A stretch of DNA of 64,000 nucleotides, from positions 73 to 64,072 of the forward strand of contig CANQDQ010000010.1 in the NCBI GenBank assembly GCA_947593515.1. The letters are read 5' to 3'. The translations under genes and the position numbers were made by a program. The DNA is from an uncultured Bacteroidales bacterium (GTDB lineage: Bacteria > Bacteroidota > Bacteroidia > Bacteroidales > UBA11471). Shown here piece by piece: positions 53,985 to 64,000 of this stretch. Position 1 is the stretch's first letter. Every line of letters begins with the position of its first letter. The notes below the pieces were generated by a model. The model was not told where the DNA came from and did no database searches. It was given only the letters and a program-made list of their open reading frames with translations.

Positions 53985-55178
53985 TTATTGCAGCTTTGCC
54001 AGCGCCTCTTTGATGCGGCGCAGGGCTTCCACCAGATTTTCATCGGAAGTGGCATACGAGAAGCGCAGGCACTCGGGAGCGCAGAATGCGGCGCCGCCCA
54101 CCGTAGCCACGTGCCCTTCTTCGAGCAGATACATTGCCAAATCGGCAGAGCCGCTGATCGTGCGGTCGCCGAATTTCTTTCCGTAATAATACGACACGTC
54201 GGGGAAAAGGTAAAATGCTCCTTGCGGTACATTGACTTTGAATCCGGGTATTTGGCGCGCCAGCTCCACCACGAGGTTGCGGCGACGCTCGAAAGCCTGC
54301 CGCATTTCTTCCACGCAGCGTTGGTCGCCGGCAAAGGCTGCCACAGAGGCTTTCTGGGCAATGGAGCTCGGACCTGACGTATATTGGCTTTGCAACTTGT
54401 TGCAAGCCTTTGCCAGCCATAGCGGCGCAGCAATGAACCCGATGCGCCAGCCCGTCATGGCATAGGCTTTGGAAACGCCGTTGATGATTGCCACGCGGTC
54501 GCGCACGTTTTCAAATTGGGCAATGCTTTGGTGCCCGCCCGCATAATTGATATGTTCGTATATTTCGTCGGCGATGATGATAATTTGCAGGTGCTTTGCC
54601 AGCACATCGGTCAACGCTTTCAATTCGTCGCGGGAATAGACGCTGCCGGTCGGGTTCGACGGCGAGCAGAGTATAATCGCTTTCGTCTTCGGCGTAATGG
54701 CGGCTTCGAGCTGCGCCGGCGTGATTTTGAAATCCTGTTCGATGCCTGCCGGCACGACCACGCTTTTGCCTTCGGCGAGCTTCACCATTTCGACGTAGCT
54801 CACCCAGCACGGAGCGGGTATGATTACTTCATCGCCCGGATTGACTATGCACAGCACGGCGTTGCATATCGCCTGTTTGGCGCCGTTGGACACCACAATC
54901 TGTTCCGGCGTGAAATCGAGACCGTTTTCATTTTTGAGTTTTCCGCAAATCGCTTTCCGCAAATCCAAATAACCGGGCACCGGCGAATAGAAAGAGAAAT
55001 TATCGTCGATAGCCTTTTTGGCTGCGGCTTTGATATGGTCGGGGGTATTGAAGTCGGGTTCCCCCACACTCAGGTTGATAACATCGACACCCTGCGCTTT
55101 CAGTTCGTTGCTTTTCTGCGACATGGCGAGCGTCTCCGACGGAGCGAGACTCATCAAACGGTCTGATAACTGATTCAT
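53985..55178 (-). CDS. Class I PLP-dependent aminotransferase (aspartate aminotransferase-like)
   Basis: 397 aa. ...INLSVGEPDFNTP..., the SKAYAMTGWRIG PLP-lysine motif. Confidence 0.9.
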   Translation of the reverse strand: MNQLSDRLMSLAPSETLAMSQKSNELKAQGVDVINLSVGEPDFNTPDHIKAAAKKAIDDNFSFYSPVPGYLDLRKAICGKLKNENGLDFTPEQIVVSNGAKQAICNAVLCIVNPGDEVIIPAPCWVSYVEMVKLAEGKSVVVPAGIEQDFKITPAQLEAAITPKTKAIILCSPSNPTGSVYSRDELKALTDVLAKHLQIIIIADEIYEHINYAGGHQSIAQFENVRDRVAIINGVSKAYAMTGWRIGFIAAPLWLAKACNKLQSQYTSGPSSIAQKASVAAFAGDQRCVEEMRQAFERRRNLVVELARQIPGFKVNVPQGAFYLFPDVSYYYGKKFGDRTISGSADLAMYLLEEGHVATVGGAAFCAPECLRFSYATSDENLVEALRRIKEALAKLQ

Positions 55179-55210
55179 GTTTTTTCGTTTTTGTTAGTTC
55201 AAAAGCCTTG

Positions 55211-55218
55211 CAAATATA
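55211..55218 (-). promoter_or_regulatory. -7 promoter box TATATTTG (minus strand)
   Basis: Forward-strand caaatata, 33 nt upstream of ATG 55178. Confidence 0.45.
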
Positions 55219-55296
55219 AACGAATATTTGGAAATACGGAAAGTTTTTCTTTCATTTTTCTTGCGTGGAAGAAACGACGGCTCCGCAACGGCGCAT

Positions 55297-56319
55297 TCAT
55301 TCTCCGAAAAGATACTCTTCCATGCCGGAAGTCATGGCAACGGCGCTCTCTGCGGAATCGACGGCATAAATAAGATAGGCTTCCATGTCGTCGTGCCGCT
55401 CGGCTATTTCAAGACTCTTTTCCACACCAAGCACCATGAAGGCGGTGGCATAGGCGTCGGCAGTCATACAGTCGGGTGCCAGCACGGTCGCGCTCAAGAG
55501 GGAATGCACGGCAGGATAGCCGGTCGTCGGGTCGATGGTATGCGCCACGCGTTTGCCATCGACGATGCGGAAGTTGCGGTAATTGCCTGACGTCGCCAGT
55601 GCGGCATCGTCGAGTACGACAACCTCTTGTATCTCGCCGCCGGCGACGTTGTTTTCGTCGGGCGTATCGATGCCCACACGCCACAGTTCGCCGTGTGCGT
55701 TTCGACCACGGGCAGCCACCTCACCGCCGATTTCCACCAAATAGTTTTCGACGCCCTGCGCCCGCAGAAACGACGCCACAACATCGACGGCAAAACCTTT
55801 GGCGATGGCGGAAAAATCGAGCGTCATGCGGGTATCATCTTTCAGCAGCCGCCCGTCGACGAGCGAAACGCGCTCCATGCCTACGAGTTGCCACAAGCTA
55901 TCGACCACCGCCGGCGTAACCGGTATGCCGCTCTTGAAGCCGAATCCCCACGCATTGATCAGCGGCGACACCGTCGGGTCGAAAGCCCCTTCGGTGTCCT
56001 GCCACACCTCTTTTGCCCGCGTAAAAACGGCGGTAAACCAGTCATCGGCACGCGCCGTCGAATCGTTGCTGTTGAATCGGGAAATGAGCGAGTACGGCTC
56101 AAACGGCGACAGCGACGCATTGAACCGCTGCAACTCCTCCTCTATTTGCGACTGGTAATTTTCCGACGACTCGTAGGTAAAATGATACACCGTGTGGAAC
56201 ACCAATCCTTCGTCGTAATGATACGCTGCCGGCTTCCCGCCGCTGCAATCGCGCCACACGAGCGCCACTGCGGCTGCCGCGACCAACAACATACACGCTA
56301 TCGCACCTCTTTTCATCAT
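55297..56319 (-). CDS. FAD:protein FMN transferase (ApbE family)
   Basis: 340 aa with a signal/anchor. Motifs GAFDPTVSPLINAWGFG, DFSAIAKGFAVD, VEIGGEV, ATSGNYRNF. Confidence 0.9.
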   Translation of the reverse strand: MMKRGAIACMLLVAAAAVALVWRDCSGGKPAAYHYDEGLVFHTVYHFTYESSENYQSQIEEELQRFNASLSPFEPYSLISRFNSNDSTARADDWFTAVFTRAKEVWQDTEGAFDPTVSPLINAWGFGFKSGIPVTPAVVDSLWQLVGMERVSLVDGRLLKDDTRMTLDFSAIAKGFAVDVVASFLRAQGVENYLVEIGGEVAARGRNAHGELWRVGIDTPDENNVAGGEIQEVVVLDDAALATSGNYRNFRIVDGKRVAHTIDPTTGYPAVHSLLSATVLAPDCMTADAYATAFMVLGVEKSLEIAERHDDMEAYLIYAVDSAESAVAMTSGMEEYLFGE

Positions 56320-56413
56320 TTCATCTTTTTTCTTGACGGCAAAGATACAAAAATGAAAGCCGGAAATCGTCCCCGACTCCCGACTTTCTTCACAACACTA
56401 TCAAAAAGCAAAG

Positions 56414-59338
56414 CTAAAAACGCTCATATCCTCGTGGTCCGCGACCGCCGCCGAAACCGCCGCGCGGCATCTCGCCGTCGCTGCCATTTCCGAATTTTTT
56501 GAACTGGTAAGCCACCGATAATATACAGTAGCTGCCAAGCGCATTCGTCTCTTCGTCGCGCACATACGTACCGCTCACCGAACGGCTGATGTTCGAGTTC
56601 TGTTGCAGAATGTCATACACCTTGAACTTCAAGGTAAGGCTTTTATTCTTCAACAAAGAGTAGGCAACCGACGCATTCCACATCACTTTGTGCAGGTTAT
56701 ACCCCTCTGCCATACCTGCCGTACCCGTGTAACGGCAATCCGTCCCGAACGACAAACCGCAATCGAAAAAGCAATCGAGACCGGCACGGGCGCCGAAGCG
56801 CGAAGTAAACAGGTTGTTCGATGTCTGTATCGTATTGTTCACATACTCGAAATTATAATTCCCTTCTACAAAGAAATTCAGATGTTCCGCCGAATAGCGC
56901 AGCGACACCCTTTCGCCTACTGAAACATCGCGCGAAACGTTTTTGTCGGTTTCTTTGCGGTCGAGCGAAACAAAGCCCACCGAATTTTGGTAATTGAGGT
57001 TGGTGTTGCTGTTGAATCGGAATTTCTTATTTCGCTTGAAAGGCATATCGTAATAAATCCATGCACCTGCCGACCATACCCCCTTGACGTTTACCGGCGT
57101 GCGAATGCGACCGCCGTCGTCGGTGTATGTAGTCTTATCGACGATGGAATTTTGCGTAACATTGGCATTGGCATTCACCGAGAACGTTCGGTACGTATCG
57201 GGGTTGTACGCATTGTATCGCAGCGTTATGCGGTGGCGGAACGACGATTTCAAATCGGGATTTCCGATATAGATATTCAGCGGATTGGACATATCGGGTG
57301 CCTGCTGTAACTGTCGGGCGGACGGTTGGGAGGAATTTCCCCGATAATCGGCACGCAGGTTTTTGTTTTTGTTGATGCGGTAGCGCAAGCGCAGCGACGG
57401 CGAAAAATTGAACGTGCGGGTCGTAATGTCATTGTCGGTGTTGCGACCGAAGAGATAGCGCGTTTCCCTTTTCTGATGCTCCACATTGCCGCCCACGCTG
57501 AAATTCATCTTGGCATAGACGCCCCGCAGCGAAACTTCGCCCCGATGCGTCTGGTAGCAGCTGCGCGACACATCGCTGAAATTCGGGTCGGCGACGGGAA
57601 ATCCCAGCGAATCGAGCTCCACATACCCGCCGGCATCGTCCATATCGTATGTATAAGCGTCGGCATCGTTATTATTATATCGGTATTGATAGACGAAATC
57701 CAAATAGTAGTGTGTCGACAGCGGCTCCACGTAGGTAGCGCGCACATCGTACGACTTTCCGTTTTGCGTATTGTTGTCCTGCTGATTCCGTATGGAGTCG
57801 CGCACGTTTTGCCGATAAAGGTTCAGGAGGTCATACGACGTTCCGTCTTCTTCGTTCCGGTTGCCGCTGTAATTGAAACTAAAACTGAGTCGCCGACGCG
57901 GATCGCTTCGGAAAGCGCGGCTGAAACTGAGTCGTCCCGATAAATTATATCCGTGTGCGTCGGCTTCCGAAATGGAGCGTTGATCGTTCACGCTGTCGCG
58001 CTCTGCCAACACCACATCGCGGTATCCGCCCATCGTTTCGGAAAAACTCTCGTTGTCGGGGAGCGACTTATTGAATCCGAAGTTCGGTGCGAACTCCAAC
58101 GCCGTCAAGGTATCTATCTCCCACCGCAGACGGAAATTCATGCGCAAATTGTGGCTGATGTTTTTGTTTTCCGAAAGGGAATTAACGAACGACGAGCTGT
58201 CGGCGGTCAGGAAATTCTGCTGCTCGCTGCGGCTCCAATAATACCGGTTGCTCGTCATATAGTTTACGGAGCCTCCTATACGAAATGTTTCCGATTCGTT
58301 GCCGGTATTGAAATTGCCGCCTACCATACCCGTTTTTCCCTCTCCTCTGCCACCGCTCATGATGCGGTTGCTGCCCGAAAACATCGACGACGCCAAATCG
58401 GAGGCTCCTTGATTGTTGGTGTTGTTGTACCCGCCCAAAAGCGTGAATTGACTGCTATTGACAAACCGGTTGGCGATACCGTTGACTTCATACATCGGGT
58501 CGAACTCTTCCATACGCGTACCGCCGCCGCCCTGTGCCGCTCCGAACCAGCCCTGTTTCATGCCTTTTTTCACAGTCAGGTTGATGACGGTCTCTTCTTC
58601 CCCGTCGTCTACACCGGAGAAACGCGCCTCATCGGATTTGCGGTCGACCACCTGTATTTTATCTATCATGCTGGCGGGCAGATTCTTGGAGGCGACTTTC
58701 GGGTCGTCCGAGAAAAATTCTTTTCCATCGACCAAAATCTTTTTCACCTCTTTACCCTGCACCTTGATACCGCCCTCGTCATCGACATCTACGCCGGGCA
58801 GCTTTTTCAACACATCTTCCACTGCGGCATTGGGTTGCGCCTTGAACGAATCGGCATTGTATTCCAGCGTATCTTCCTTCACGACGACAGGGGGCACGAC
58901 ACCCACGACCACCGCCTCCTGCAACATCACGACATCGGGTTCCAGCGTAACCGTACCGAGTTCGGCTGAGGGTTGCACCCGCAGCAGCCGCACCTCTTTA
59001 TATTGCGGTTTATAGCCGAGAAACGTAAGATGCACCAGATAATTTCCCCGTTTCAAGTTGTTGAGCAGAAATTTTCCGCCGTCATCGGTCATCGTACCCG
59101 TACCGGCGACGAGCGAGCTGTCGGCTGCCGACAGCAGGCGCACCGAAACAGCAACCATCGGTTCTCCTTTTTCGTCGAGTACTTTGCCCGTAATATGATA
59201 TTCCGCCTTGTCATCGGGAGCTTCGTTGCGGGCATTTTCCTGTCGGGGCGGTCGATTGCCGCCGAATCCACCGTTCCACTGGGCTGAGACGGAGAGACTG
59301 CACACGAAAAAAACGAGAAGCGAAATATATTTTTTCAT
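56414..59338 (-). CDS. Outer-membrane beta-barrel protein with N-terminal carboxypeptidase-regulatory-like and TonB-plug-like domains
   Basis: 974 aa with a signal peptide. CarbopepD_reg-like ITGKVLDEKGEPMVAVSV and a plug-like region. The long beta-rich body ends in ...YERF (C-terminal aromatic residue). Confidence 0.8.
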   Translation of the reverse strand: MKKYISLLVFFVCSLSVSAQWNGGFGGNRPPRQENARNEAPDDKAEYHITGKVLDEKGEPMVAVSVRLLSAADSSLVAGTGTMTDDGGKFLLNNLKRGNYLVHLTFLGYKPQYKEVRLLRVQPSAELGTVTLEPDVVMLQEAVVVGVVPPVVVKEDTLEYNADSFKAQPNAAVEDVLKKLPGVDVDDEGGIKVQGKEVKKILVDGKEFFSDDPKVASKNLPASMIDKIQVVDRKSDEARFSGVDDGEEETVINLTVKKGMKQGWFGAAQGGGGTRMEEFDPMYEVNGIANRFVNSSQFTLLGGYNNTNNQGASDLASSMFSGSNRIMSGGRGEGKTGMVGGNFNTGNESETFRIGGSVNYMTSNRYYWSRSEQQNFLTADSSSFVNSLSENKNISHNLRMNFRLRWEIDTLTALEFAPNFGFNKSLPDNESFSETMGGYRDVVLAERDSVNDQRSISEADAHGYNLSGRLSFSRAFRSDPRRRLSFSFNYSGNRNEEDGTSYDLLNLYRQNVRDSIRNQQDNNTQNGKSYDVRATYVEPLSTHYYLDFVYQYRYNNNDADAYTYDMDDAGGYVELDSLGFPVADPNFSDVSRSCYQTHRGEVSLRGVYAKMNFSVGGNVEHQKRETRYLFGRNTDNDITTRTFNFSPSLRLRYRINKNKNLRADYRGNSSQPSARQLQQAPDMSNPLNIYIGNPDLKSSFRHRITLRYNAYNPDTYRTFSVNANANVTQNSIVDKTTYTDDGGRIRTPVNVKGVWSAGAWIYYDMPFKRNKKFRFNSNTNLNYQNSVGFVSLDRKETDKNVSRDVSVGERVSLRYSAEHLNFFVEGNYNFEYVNNTIQTSNNLFTSRFGARAGLDCFFDCGLSFGTDCRYTGTAGMAEGYNLHKVMWNASVAYSLLKNKSLTLKFKVYDILQQNSNISRSVSGTYVRDEETNALGSYCILSVAYQFKKFGNGSDGEMPRGGFGGGRGPRGYERF

Positions 59339-59573
59339 TTCGAGATAAATTCTTTGTCAAAAAATCCAACGTTTTGACAACCGTACCCCGCAAAGGTTTA
59401 ATCTCCGACCCGAACAAAACTTTTTTTAACTGTTTATAACACCGCGCAACCCTCTCCGCCGTTTTTTCCGGCGTTCTCGCATTCGATTTTATCTTTTTCA
59501 AACATTTGTATTGCATTTTCCGTTTTTTTCGTTATCTTAGCCAAAATTATTTCCGTACGGCAAAAAAAACGCA

Positions 59574-61019
59574 ATGCCCGATTTTTTGACATACAATTGG
59601 AGCGATTGGGTTTATTACAGCTTCTACATCGCTTTCGTATTGACGATAATCTTTACCATCATTGTCGTCATACTCGAAAACCGGAATCCCGTAAAAAGCC
59701 TTGCTTGGATTGTCGTATTGGTATTTCTCCCTATTGGCGGCTTCATATTCTATCTATTTTTCGGGCAGCAATACCGCCACACGCGCATGATTTCACGACA
59801 CAAACGGCGCATTTTGCAGCGTATGTCCGACGCGGGATCGGGCACCCCCACCGTATCGTCGCCGCTGTCGCCGGCAAGCAAACAACAGATACAACTCGGC
59901 TACAAACTGGGCGGCACCAAGCTGTTCGTACAAAACCGCATTGAAATATTCACCGACGGCGTCAGCAAATTCGATGCGCTGATACGGGACTTGAAAGGGG
60001 CGACCGCATTCATTCACCTGCAATACTACATTTTCGACAACGATTCGCTCGGCAACACCATAAAAGACATTCTCGTGGAAAAATCCCGACAGGGTGTAAA
60101 AGTCCGCGTGCTCTACGATGACGTGGGCTGCTGGCGGGTAAAAAGGAGTTTTCACGACGAAATGCAGCTGGCAGGAATAGAGATACGGCCTTTTTTCAAA
60201 GTTACCTTCCCGCAGCTCGCCAACAAGCTCAACTACCGCAACCACCGCAAAGTGGCGATTATCGACGGCAAGGTGGGCTACATCGGCGGCATGAACATCG
60301 CCGACCGCTACCGCGACGGTGTAAGTTGGGGAGTGTGGCGCGACACGCACATTCGCATCGAAGGCACGGCGGTATATGGCTTGCAAACAGCATTTTCCAT
60401 CGATTGGAGTTTTACCTCGCAAGAATTTCTGTCGGCAGCGATTTACTATCCTGCAGTCAAAAGCGAAGGCAATACCGACATACAGATACTCACCGGCGGT
60501 CCGCTGGGCGAATGGAAAGAAATCGCCCTCTCTTTCCTCAAAGCCATATCCAACGCCAAGAGCTACATTTATATACAGACGCCCTATTTCCTTCCCACCG
60601 ACAGCCTGCTCAAAGGCTTGCAGATGGCGGCGCTGTCGAAAGTCGATGTGCGCCTCATGATTCCCGCGCATGGCGATTCCCGTCTGTTGCAGCTCGCCTC
60701 GCAATCCTACCTGCGAAACATTTTGCAAGCGGGTGTCAAAGTCTATTTTTATCAAGCGGGATTCCTGCACGCCAAAACTATCGTCATCGACGACGAATTT
60801 TCAACGGTCGGCTCCACCAATTTCGATTTTCGCAGCTTCGACCACAACTTTGAAATCAACGCTTTCATGTACAGCCCCGACACGGCGAAGCGTCTGAAAC
60901 AAATTTTCATTGACGATATGCAGCAGTGCCGCAACGTTTCGTTGGGCGAATGGATACGCCGTCCGCGCACCACGCGGGTGGTCGAGTCGTTCGTGCGGCT
61001 GATGAGCCCCGTCCTGTAA
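59574..61019 (+). CDS. cls: Cardiolipin synthase (PLD superfamily)
   Basis: 481 aa. Two N-terminal TMs and two HKD motifs (NHRKVAIIDGKVGYIGGMN and LHAKTIVIDDEFSTVGSTN). Confidence 0.9.
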   Translation: MPDFLTYNWSDWVYYSFYIAFVLTIIFTIIVVILENRNPVKSLAWIVVLVFLPIGGFIFYLFFGQQYRHTRMISRHKRRILQRMSDAGSGTPTVSSPLSPASKQQIQLGYKLGGTKLFVQNRIEIFTDGVSKFDALIRDLKGATAFIHLQYYIFDNDSLGNTIKDILVEKSRQGVKVRVLYDDVGCWRVKRSFHDEMQLAGIEIRPFFKVTFPQLANKLNYRNHRKVAIIDGKVGYIGGMNIADRYRDGVSWGVWRDTHIRIEGTAVYGLQTAFSIDWSFTSQEFLSAAIYYPAVKSEGNTDIQILTGGPLGEWKEIALSFLKAISNAKSYIYIQTPYFLPTDSLLKGLQMAALSKVDVRLMIPAHGDSRLLQLASQSYLRNILQAGVKVYFYQAGFLHAKTIVIDDEFSTVGSTNFDFRSFDHNFEINAFMYSPDTAKRLKQIFIDDMQQCRNVSLGEWIRRPRTTRVVESFVRLMSPVL

Positions 61020-61052
61020 TCCGAGCCCGACGGGTCGGGGAGGCGTCCGCAG

Positions 61053-62480
61053 TTATTCGGGCAGTTTGTCTTCGAGATATTCCTGTGAGGCATTGACGAG
61101 CGAGAGCCGCCCCGTCGTGCGGGTGAATGCCGTGTAGAGCCAGCGATAAAAGTCGATGCCCAAAGCGTCGGGGCGGATATATCCCATATCCACATACACA
61201 TTGCTCCACTGTCCGCCCTGCGCCTTGTGGCACGTTACGGCATAGGCATATTTCACTTGCAGGGCGTTGAACCAGACATCGCGTTTCAGCCGCTTCAACC
61301 GTTCGCGTTTCGACGGCACGTCGGCATAGTCGTCCATCACGGCGGTAAAGAGGCGGTTGTTCTCCTCCGCCGTGAGCGACGGCGATTCCGATTGCAGCGT
61401 GTCGAGTATCACTTTCGCCTCTATTTCCGTGTCGTAGTCGGGGAAGTAGAGCGCCACGTCGGCAAAGCGGAAACCGTACATCTCGCACGTGCCGCGCACC
61501 CTCACCACCCGCGCCACGTCGCCGTTGGCGATGAAATCGAGATTTTCGTACGTCTCGCTCCAAAAATAGTTGTTGCGGGCTATCAGCAGCAGGTCGCCCG
61601 ACACGAGCTCCTCCTCGCGGTAGAGAATGCGGTTGCGCACCCCTTGATTGAAAATATTTGCCCGCCTGTTCGAGCGGGTTACGATTATCGTTTCGTCCAT
61701 ACCATCGCGCCGGTAGTCGGTCGAGAGCGTCTCTATCAGTTCATCGCCCCGCACGTAACGCATATCGGGAAATCCCGACAGACGGATTTTCGGCAGGGCG
61801 AGCGGCGTTTGCCGCATCTCCGCCCGCAGGCGCGTGGCATTGAACAGCACGCCCGAATCCTCGCTCTGGCGCACCACGCCCGTCAATTCGCAGCCGTACA
61901 CCGGATAGCCGTACCGCTGCACATACTTCTCGTCGAGAGCCGGACTCTCCGCCTGCCCCACCGGCGGGAGCTGCGCCGTATCGCCCAACAGAATCAGGCG
62001 GCACCCGGCGCCGGAATATACATATTGAAAAAGGTCGTCGAGCAGCTGCCCCGACCCGCAAGCGGCGCCGTCGCCGGAACTGTTGGCTATCATCGACGCC
62101 TCATCGACGATAAAAAACGTATTCTTATGCGCATTGTGCGCTAACTGGAATCCTGAGAAATCGCCCGTAAACACCCGCTGGCGGTATATCTTTTTATGTA
62201 TGGTATAGGCGGCGTGTCCCGCATACGAAGCAAAAACTTTCGCGGCGCGACCCGTCGGAGCAAGCAGTATGCATCGCCGTTCGAACGATTCGAGCGTCTT
62301 TACCAGCGCCCCCACAAGCGAGGTCTTGCCCGTACCGGCATACCCTTTCAACAGAAAGACCGACGGCACATTGTCGTCCCACAAAAAATCGGCGAGATGC
62401 GCTATCGCCTCTGCCTGCTCCTCCGTAGGCACGTAAGGCAGATTTTCGGAAAGCTGTTTGATGAAATAATCGCTGAGCAT
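61053..62480 (-). CDS. RecD-like / Pif1-like SF1B DNA helicase
   Basis: Start at ATG 62480 (MLSDYFIKQL). Walker A GYAGTGKTSL, DEASM Walker B, and a C-terminal ...YAVTCHKAQGGQW motif. Confidence 0.85.
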   Translation of the reverse strand: MLSDYFIKQLSENLPYVPTEEQAEAIAHLADFLWDDNVPSVFLLKGYAGTGKTSLVGALVKTLESFERRCILLAPTGRAAKVFASYAGHAAYTIHKKIYRQRVFTGDFSGFQLAHNAHKNTFFIVDEASMIANSSGDGAACGSGQLLDDLFQYVYSGAGCRLILLGDTAQLPPVGQAESPALDEKYVQRYGYPVYGCELTGVVRQSEDSGVLFNATRLRAEMRQTPLALPKIRLSGFPDMRYVRGDELIETLSTDYRRDGMDETIIVTRSNRRANIFNQGVRNRILYREEELVSGDLLLIARNNYFWSETYENLDFIANGDVARVVRVRGTCEMYGFRFADVALYFPDYDTEIEAKVILDTLQSESPSLTAEENNRLFTAVMDDYADVPSKRERLKRLKRDVWFNALQVKYAYAVTCHKAQGGQWSNVYVDMGYIRPDALGIDFYRWLYTAFTRTTGRLSLVNASQEYLEDKLPE

Positions 62481-62631
62481 GGCATTTGCAGGTGTGTATG
62501 GCAAGCGATTACAAAAATACATTTTTTCGTCATACGTTCAAAATATTTAGCAAAAACGCCGACGGCGATTCAAAAAGATTTTAATATATGCTTTTTACGA
62601 AAAAAAGATTTGGATTTTTACAGTAAGTATA

Positions 62632-62639
62632 TAACTTTG
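62632..62639 (+). promoter_or_regulatory. -7 promoter box TAACTTTG
   Basis: Consensus match 113 nt upstream of ATG 62753. It is followed by the hairpin GCGCATT...AATGCGC. Confidence 0.35.
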
Positions 62640-62752
62640 CGGCGCATTTGTTATCGTGAAACGACATAATGCGCAACTCGGACAGAGCACACAAATATAT
62701 ATAAAAGAAACGACAAAAAAGAGATACTATACAAAAAAATATACACAGAATT

Positions 62753-64000
62753 ATGAAATCCCTCATTCTCTTGGTTTTGCTCATGTTGCTGCCGGTATGC
62801 GACGCAGGCGCCAAAGTCAAAAAAACAAAAAAAAAGCAAGTGCCGGCAACGGAGCTTTCCACACCCGACACCATTACTATTAAAGGGAAAGTTGCTTTCA
62901 CCTACAAAGGATATTGGAACTATCCCGCCCCGCAGCCCGAATTCAAAATGACCGTCTATCGGCAGGAGGGCACGGGACGAAAAGTCTTTGCCGAAGCCGA
63001 AATCGGCGACAACAACGAATACACGCTCCGGTTGCCGGTAAACTCGGTCGGCGTTTATACCGTCGATTGCGGACACTGGCAGTCGGTGCAGATATGGGCG
63101 GAAGATGAAAATCTCGAAATCGACTTCCGCGGATACGACACCGCCCGCATCAAAATCAAGAATCCCCCTTACGTATATATACGCGGCGGCGTAAAAAATG
63201 AAATCATGAATCAGTACAATTTTTGCGCTTACCGCAACTATCAGGGTATGATTGCCGTTTCGCGCGCCGCTTACCAATCGGGTGCCGATGAGGGCGTCCG
63301 CAAAAAAATCTCGGGCGAACTATACGAATATCTGAGCGACGAATACAAAGCCCGCGTGCGCTACATTGCCGAGCACAACGCCGCGACCACCAGCGTGCTG
63401 GCGCTGCTGCCGGCTTTCAATCCCGACACCGATAAAGCGTTCATCGACTCTGTTTTGTCCCAACTCGAAGCCGCGCACCCGGAATATGCTCCCATACAGG
63501 AATACCGCGAACAGGTGGCACAGGACAAGGCGCAGCGCGAACGGCTCGACAACGGCAACCCCGCCCCGACATTCGCCTACCCGCAGCTCGACGGCACCAC
63601 CCTCGCTCTCTCCGACCTCAAAGGCAAAATCGTGCTCGTCGATTTCTGGGCTTCTTGGTGCGGTCCCTGCCGCAAGGAAATTGTCAATCTCAAAAAATAT
63701 TACGAAGAATTCAAAGACAAAGGCGTGGAATTTTTGAGTGTCTCCATCGACGCCGACGATGCCGCATGGCGCAAAGCCGCTGCCGAAGAAGATATGCCAT
63801 GGCTGCAAGTACACGCCACCGACAGCGGGAAACAGGTGATGAGCGACTACCGCTTCAACGGCATTCCCCACGTCGTACTCATCGACGCACAAGGAAACCT
63901 CTATGCCAAAAACCTGCGGGGCGATGCCATTCGCGAAACGATACAGAAAGCGCTCGACGGTGTGGCGCCCGAAAAACCCGCACCTCGCAAGAGCATATCC
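62753..64000 (+). CDS. TlpA-family thiol-disulfide oxidoreductase (thioredoxin-like), 3'-partial at the window edge
   Basis: Not in the ORF track because no stop falls in the window. My translation from ATG 62753 stays open to 64000 (416 codons). It has the signal MKSLILLVLLMLLPVC and a C-terminal thioredoxin fold with FWASWCGPCRKE. Confidence 0.85.
   Translation, partial: MKSLILLVLLMLLPVCDAGAKVKKTKKKQVPATELSTPDTITIKGKVAFTYKGYWNYPAPQPEFKMTVYRQEGTGRKVFAEAEIGDNNEYTLRLPVNSVGVYTVDCGHWQSVQIWAEDENLEIDFRGYDTARIKIKNPPYVYIRGGVKNEIMNQYNFCAYRNYQGMIAVSRAAYQSGADEGVRKKISGELYEYLSDEYKARVRYIAEHNAATTSVLALLPAFNPDTDKAFIDSVLSQLEAAHPEYAPIQEYREQVAQDKAQRERLDNGNPAPTFAYPQLDGTTLALSDLKGKIVLVDFWASWCGPCRKEIVNLKKYYEEFKDKGVEFLSVSIDADDAAWRKAAAEEDMPWLQVHATDSGKQVMSDYRFNGIPHVVLIDAQGNLYAKNLRGDAIRETIQKALDGVAPEKPAPRKSIS

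Noticed and set aside
1-64000. Search by eye for CRISPR arrays, rRNA genes, integrases, transposases, reverse transcriptases and IS-type terminal inverted repeats
   Set aside because: I saw no regularly spaced direct repeats and no rRNA-like segments. No ORF has recombinase, transposase or RT motifs. None is therefore reported, although absence cannot be proven without searches.

Overview
This is a 64-kb chromosomal window from a GC-rich member of Bacteroidota, probably Bacteroidales. The GC level looks Alistipes- or Rikenellaceae-like, but I cannot verify the taxon. Support for the phylum call: TAnnTTTG -7 promoter boxes sit 20-35 nt upstream of many start codons, gldH is present, many exported proteins carry lipoprotein signals, and there are TolC, RND and TonB-type outer-membrane genes. 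Most of the window is densely packed housekeeping sequence:
- ddl, rluD and a PASTA protein.
- A TolC-HlyD-ABC2 efflux cluster, an ECF-type sigma factor, gldH and a PSP1/RicT protein.
- rny and zapA, then an RND tripartite pump and lpxA.
- ung and tRNA-Arg(CCG), a short UvrA paralogue, and a Ser-type sulfatase with its radical-SAM maturase.
- An acyl-CoA synthetase with an XRE-cupin regulator, and proB.
- A glycogen cluster (GH57, GT4 synthase, debranching enzyme), then MarC, Crp/Fnr, an aminotransferase and ApbE.
- An OM beta-barrel, cls, a RecD-like helicase and a TlpA-like thioredoxin that runs off the 3' edge.

Four visibly AT-rich patches interrupt this backbone (judged by eye, not computed): about 1-900, 26.46-27.63 kb, 34.29-35.63 kb and 41.26-47.39 kb.

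The last patch is the best candidate for an undescribed system. It is a 6.1-kb island between proB and the GH57 gene, with all genes on the + strand. It carries a Panacea (DUF4065) antitoxin with a small MazF-like toxin candidate. It also carries an orphan DnaB C-terminal-like RecA domain whose catalytic motifs are all degenerate. Its third unit is a three-gene operon of two exported proteins followed by an 874-aa helicase-IV/UvrD-like protein that has an N-terminal membrane helix, an internal PD-(D/E)xK-like insert and a C-terminal Myb-like HTH.

Other sequence-level observations:
- Two pairs of 46-47-nt repeats arranged X-[GNAT,cupin]-Y|X-[DUF1294]-Y, which looks like a Campbell-type tandem of alternative cassettes.
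- A ~190-nt duplicated module (terminator hairpin, ECF-like TTAAAC-N17-GTCTAAT promoter, signal peptide) in front of two unrelated exported proteins.
- A tRNA with an apparent compensatory A19:U56 tertiary pair.

I recognised no CRISPR array, rRNA, integrase or transposase. All homology calls come from motif recognition by eye and none was confirmed by a search.
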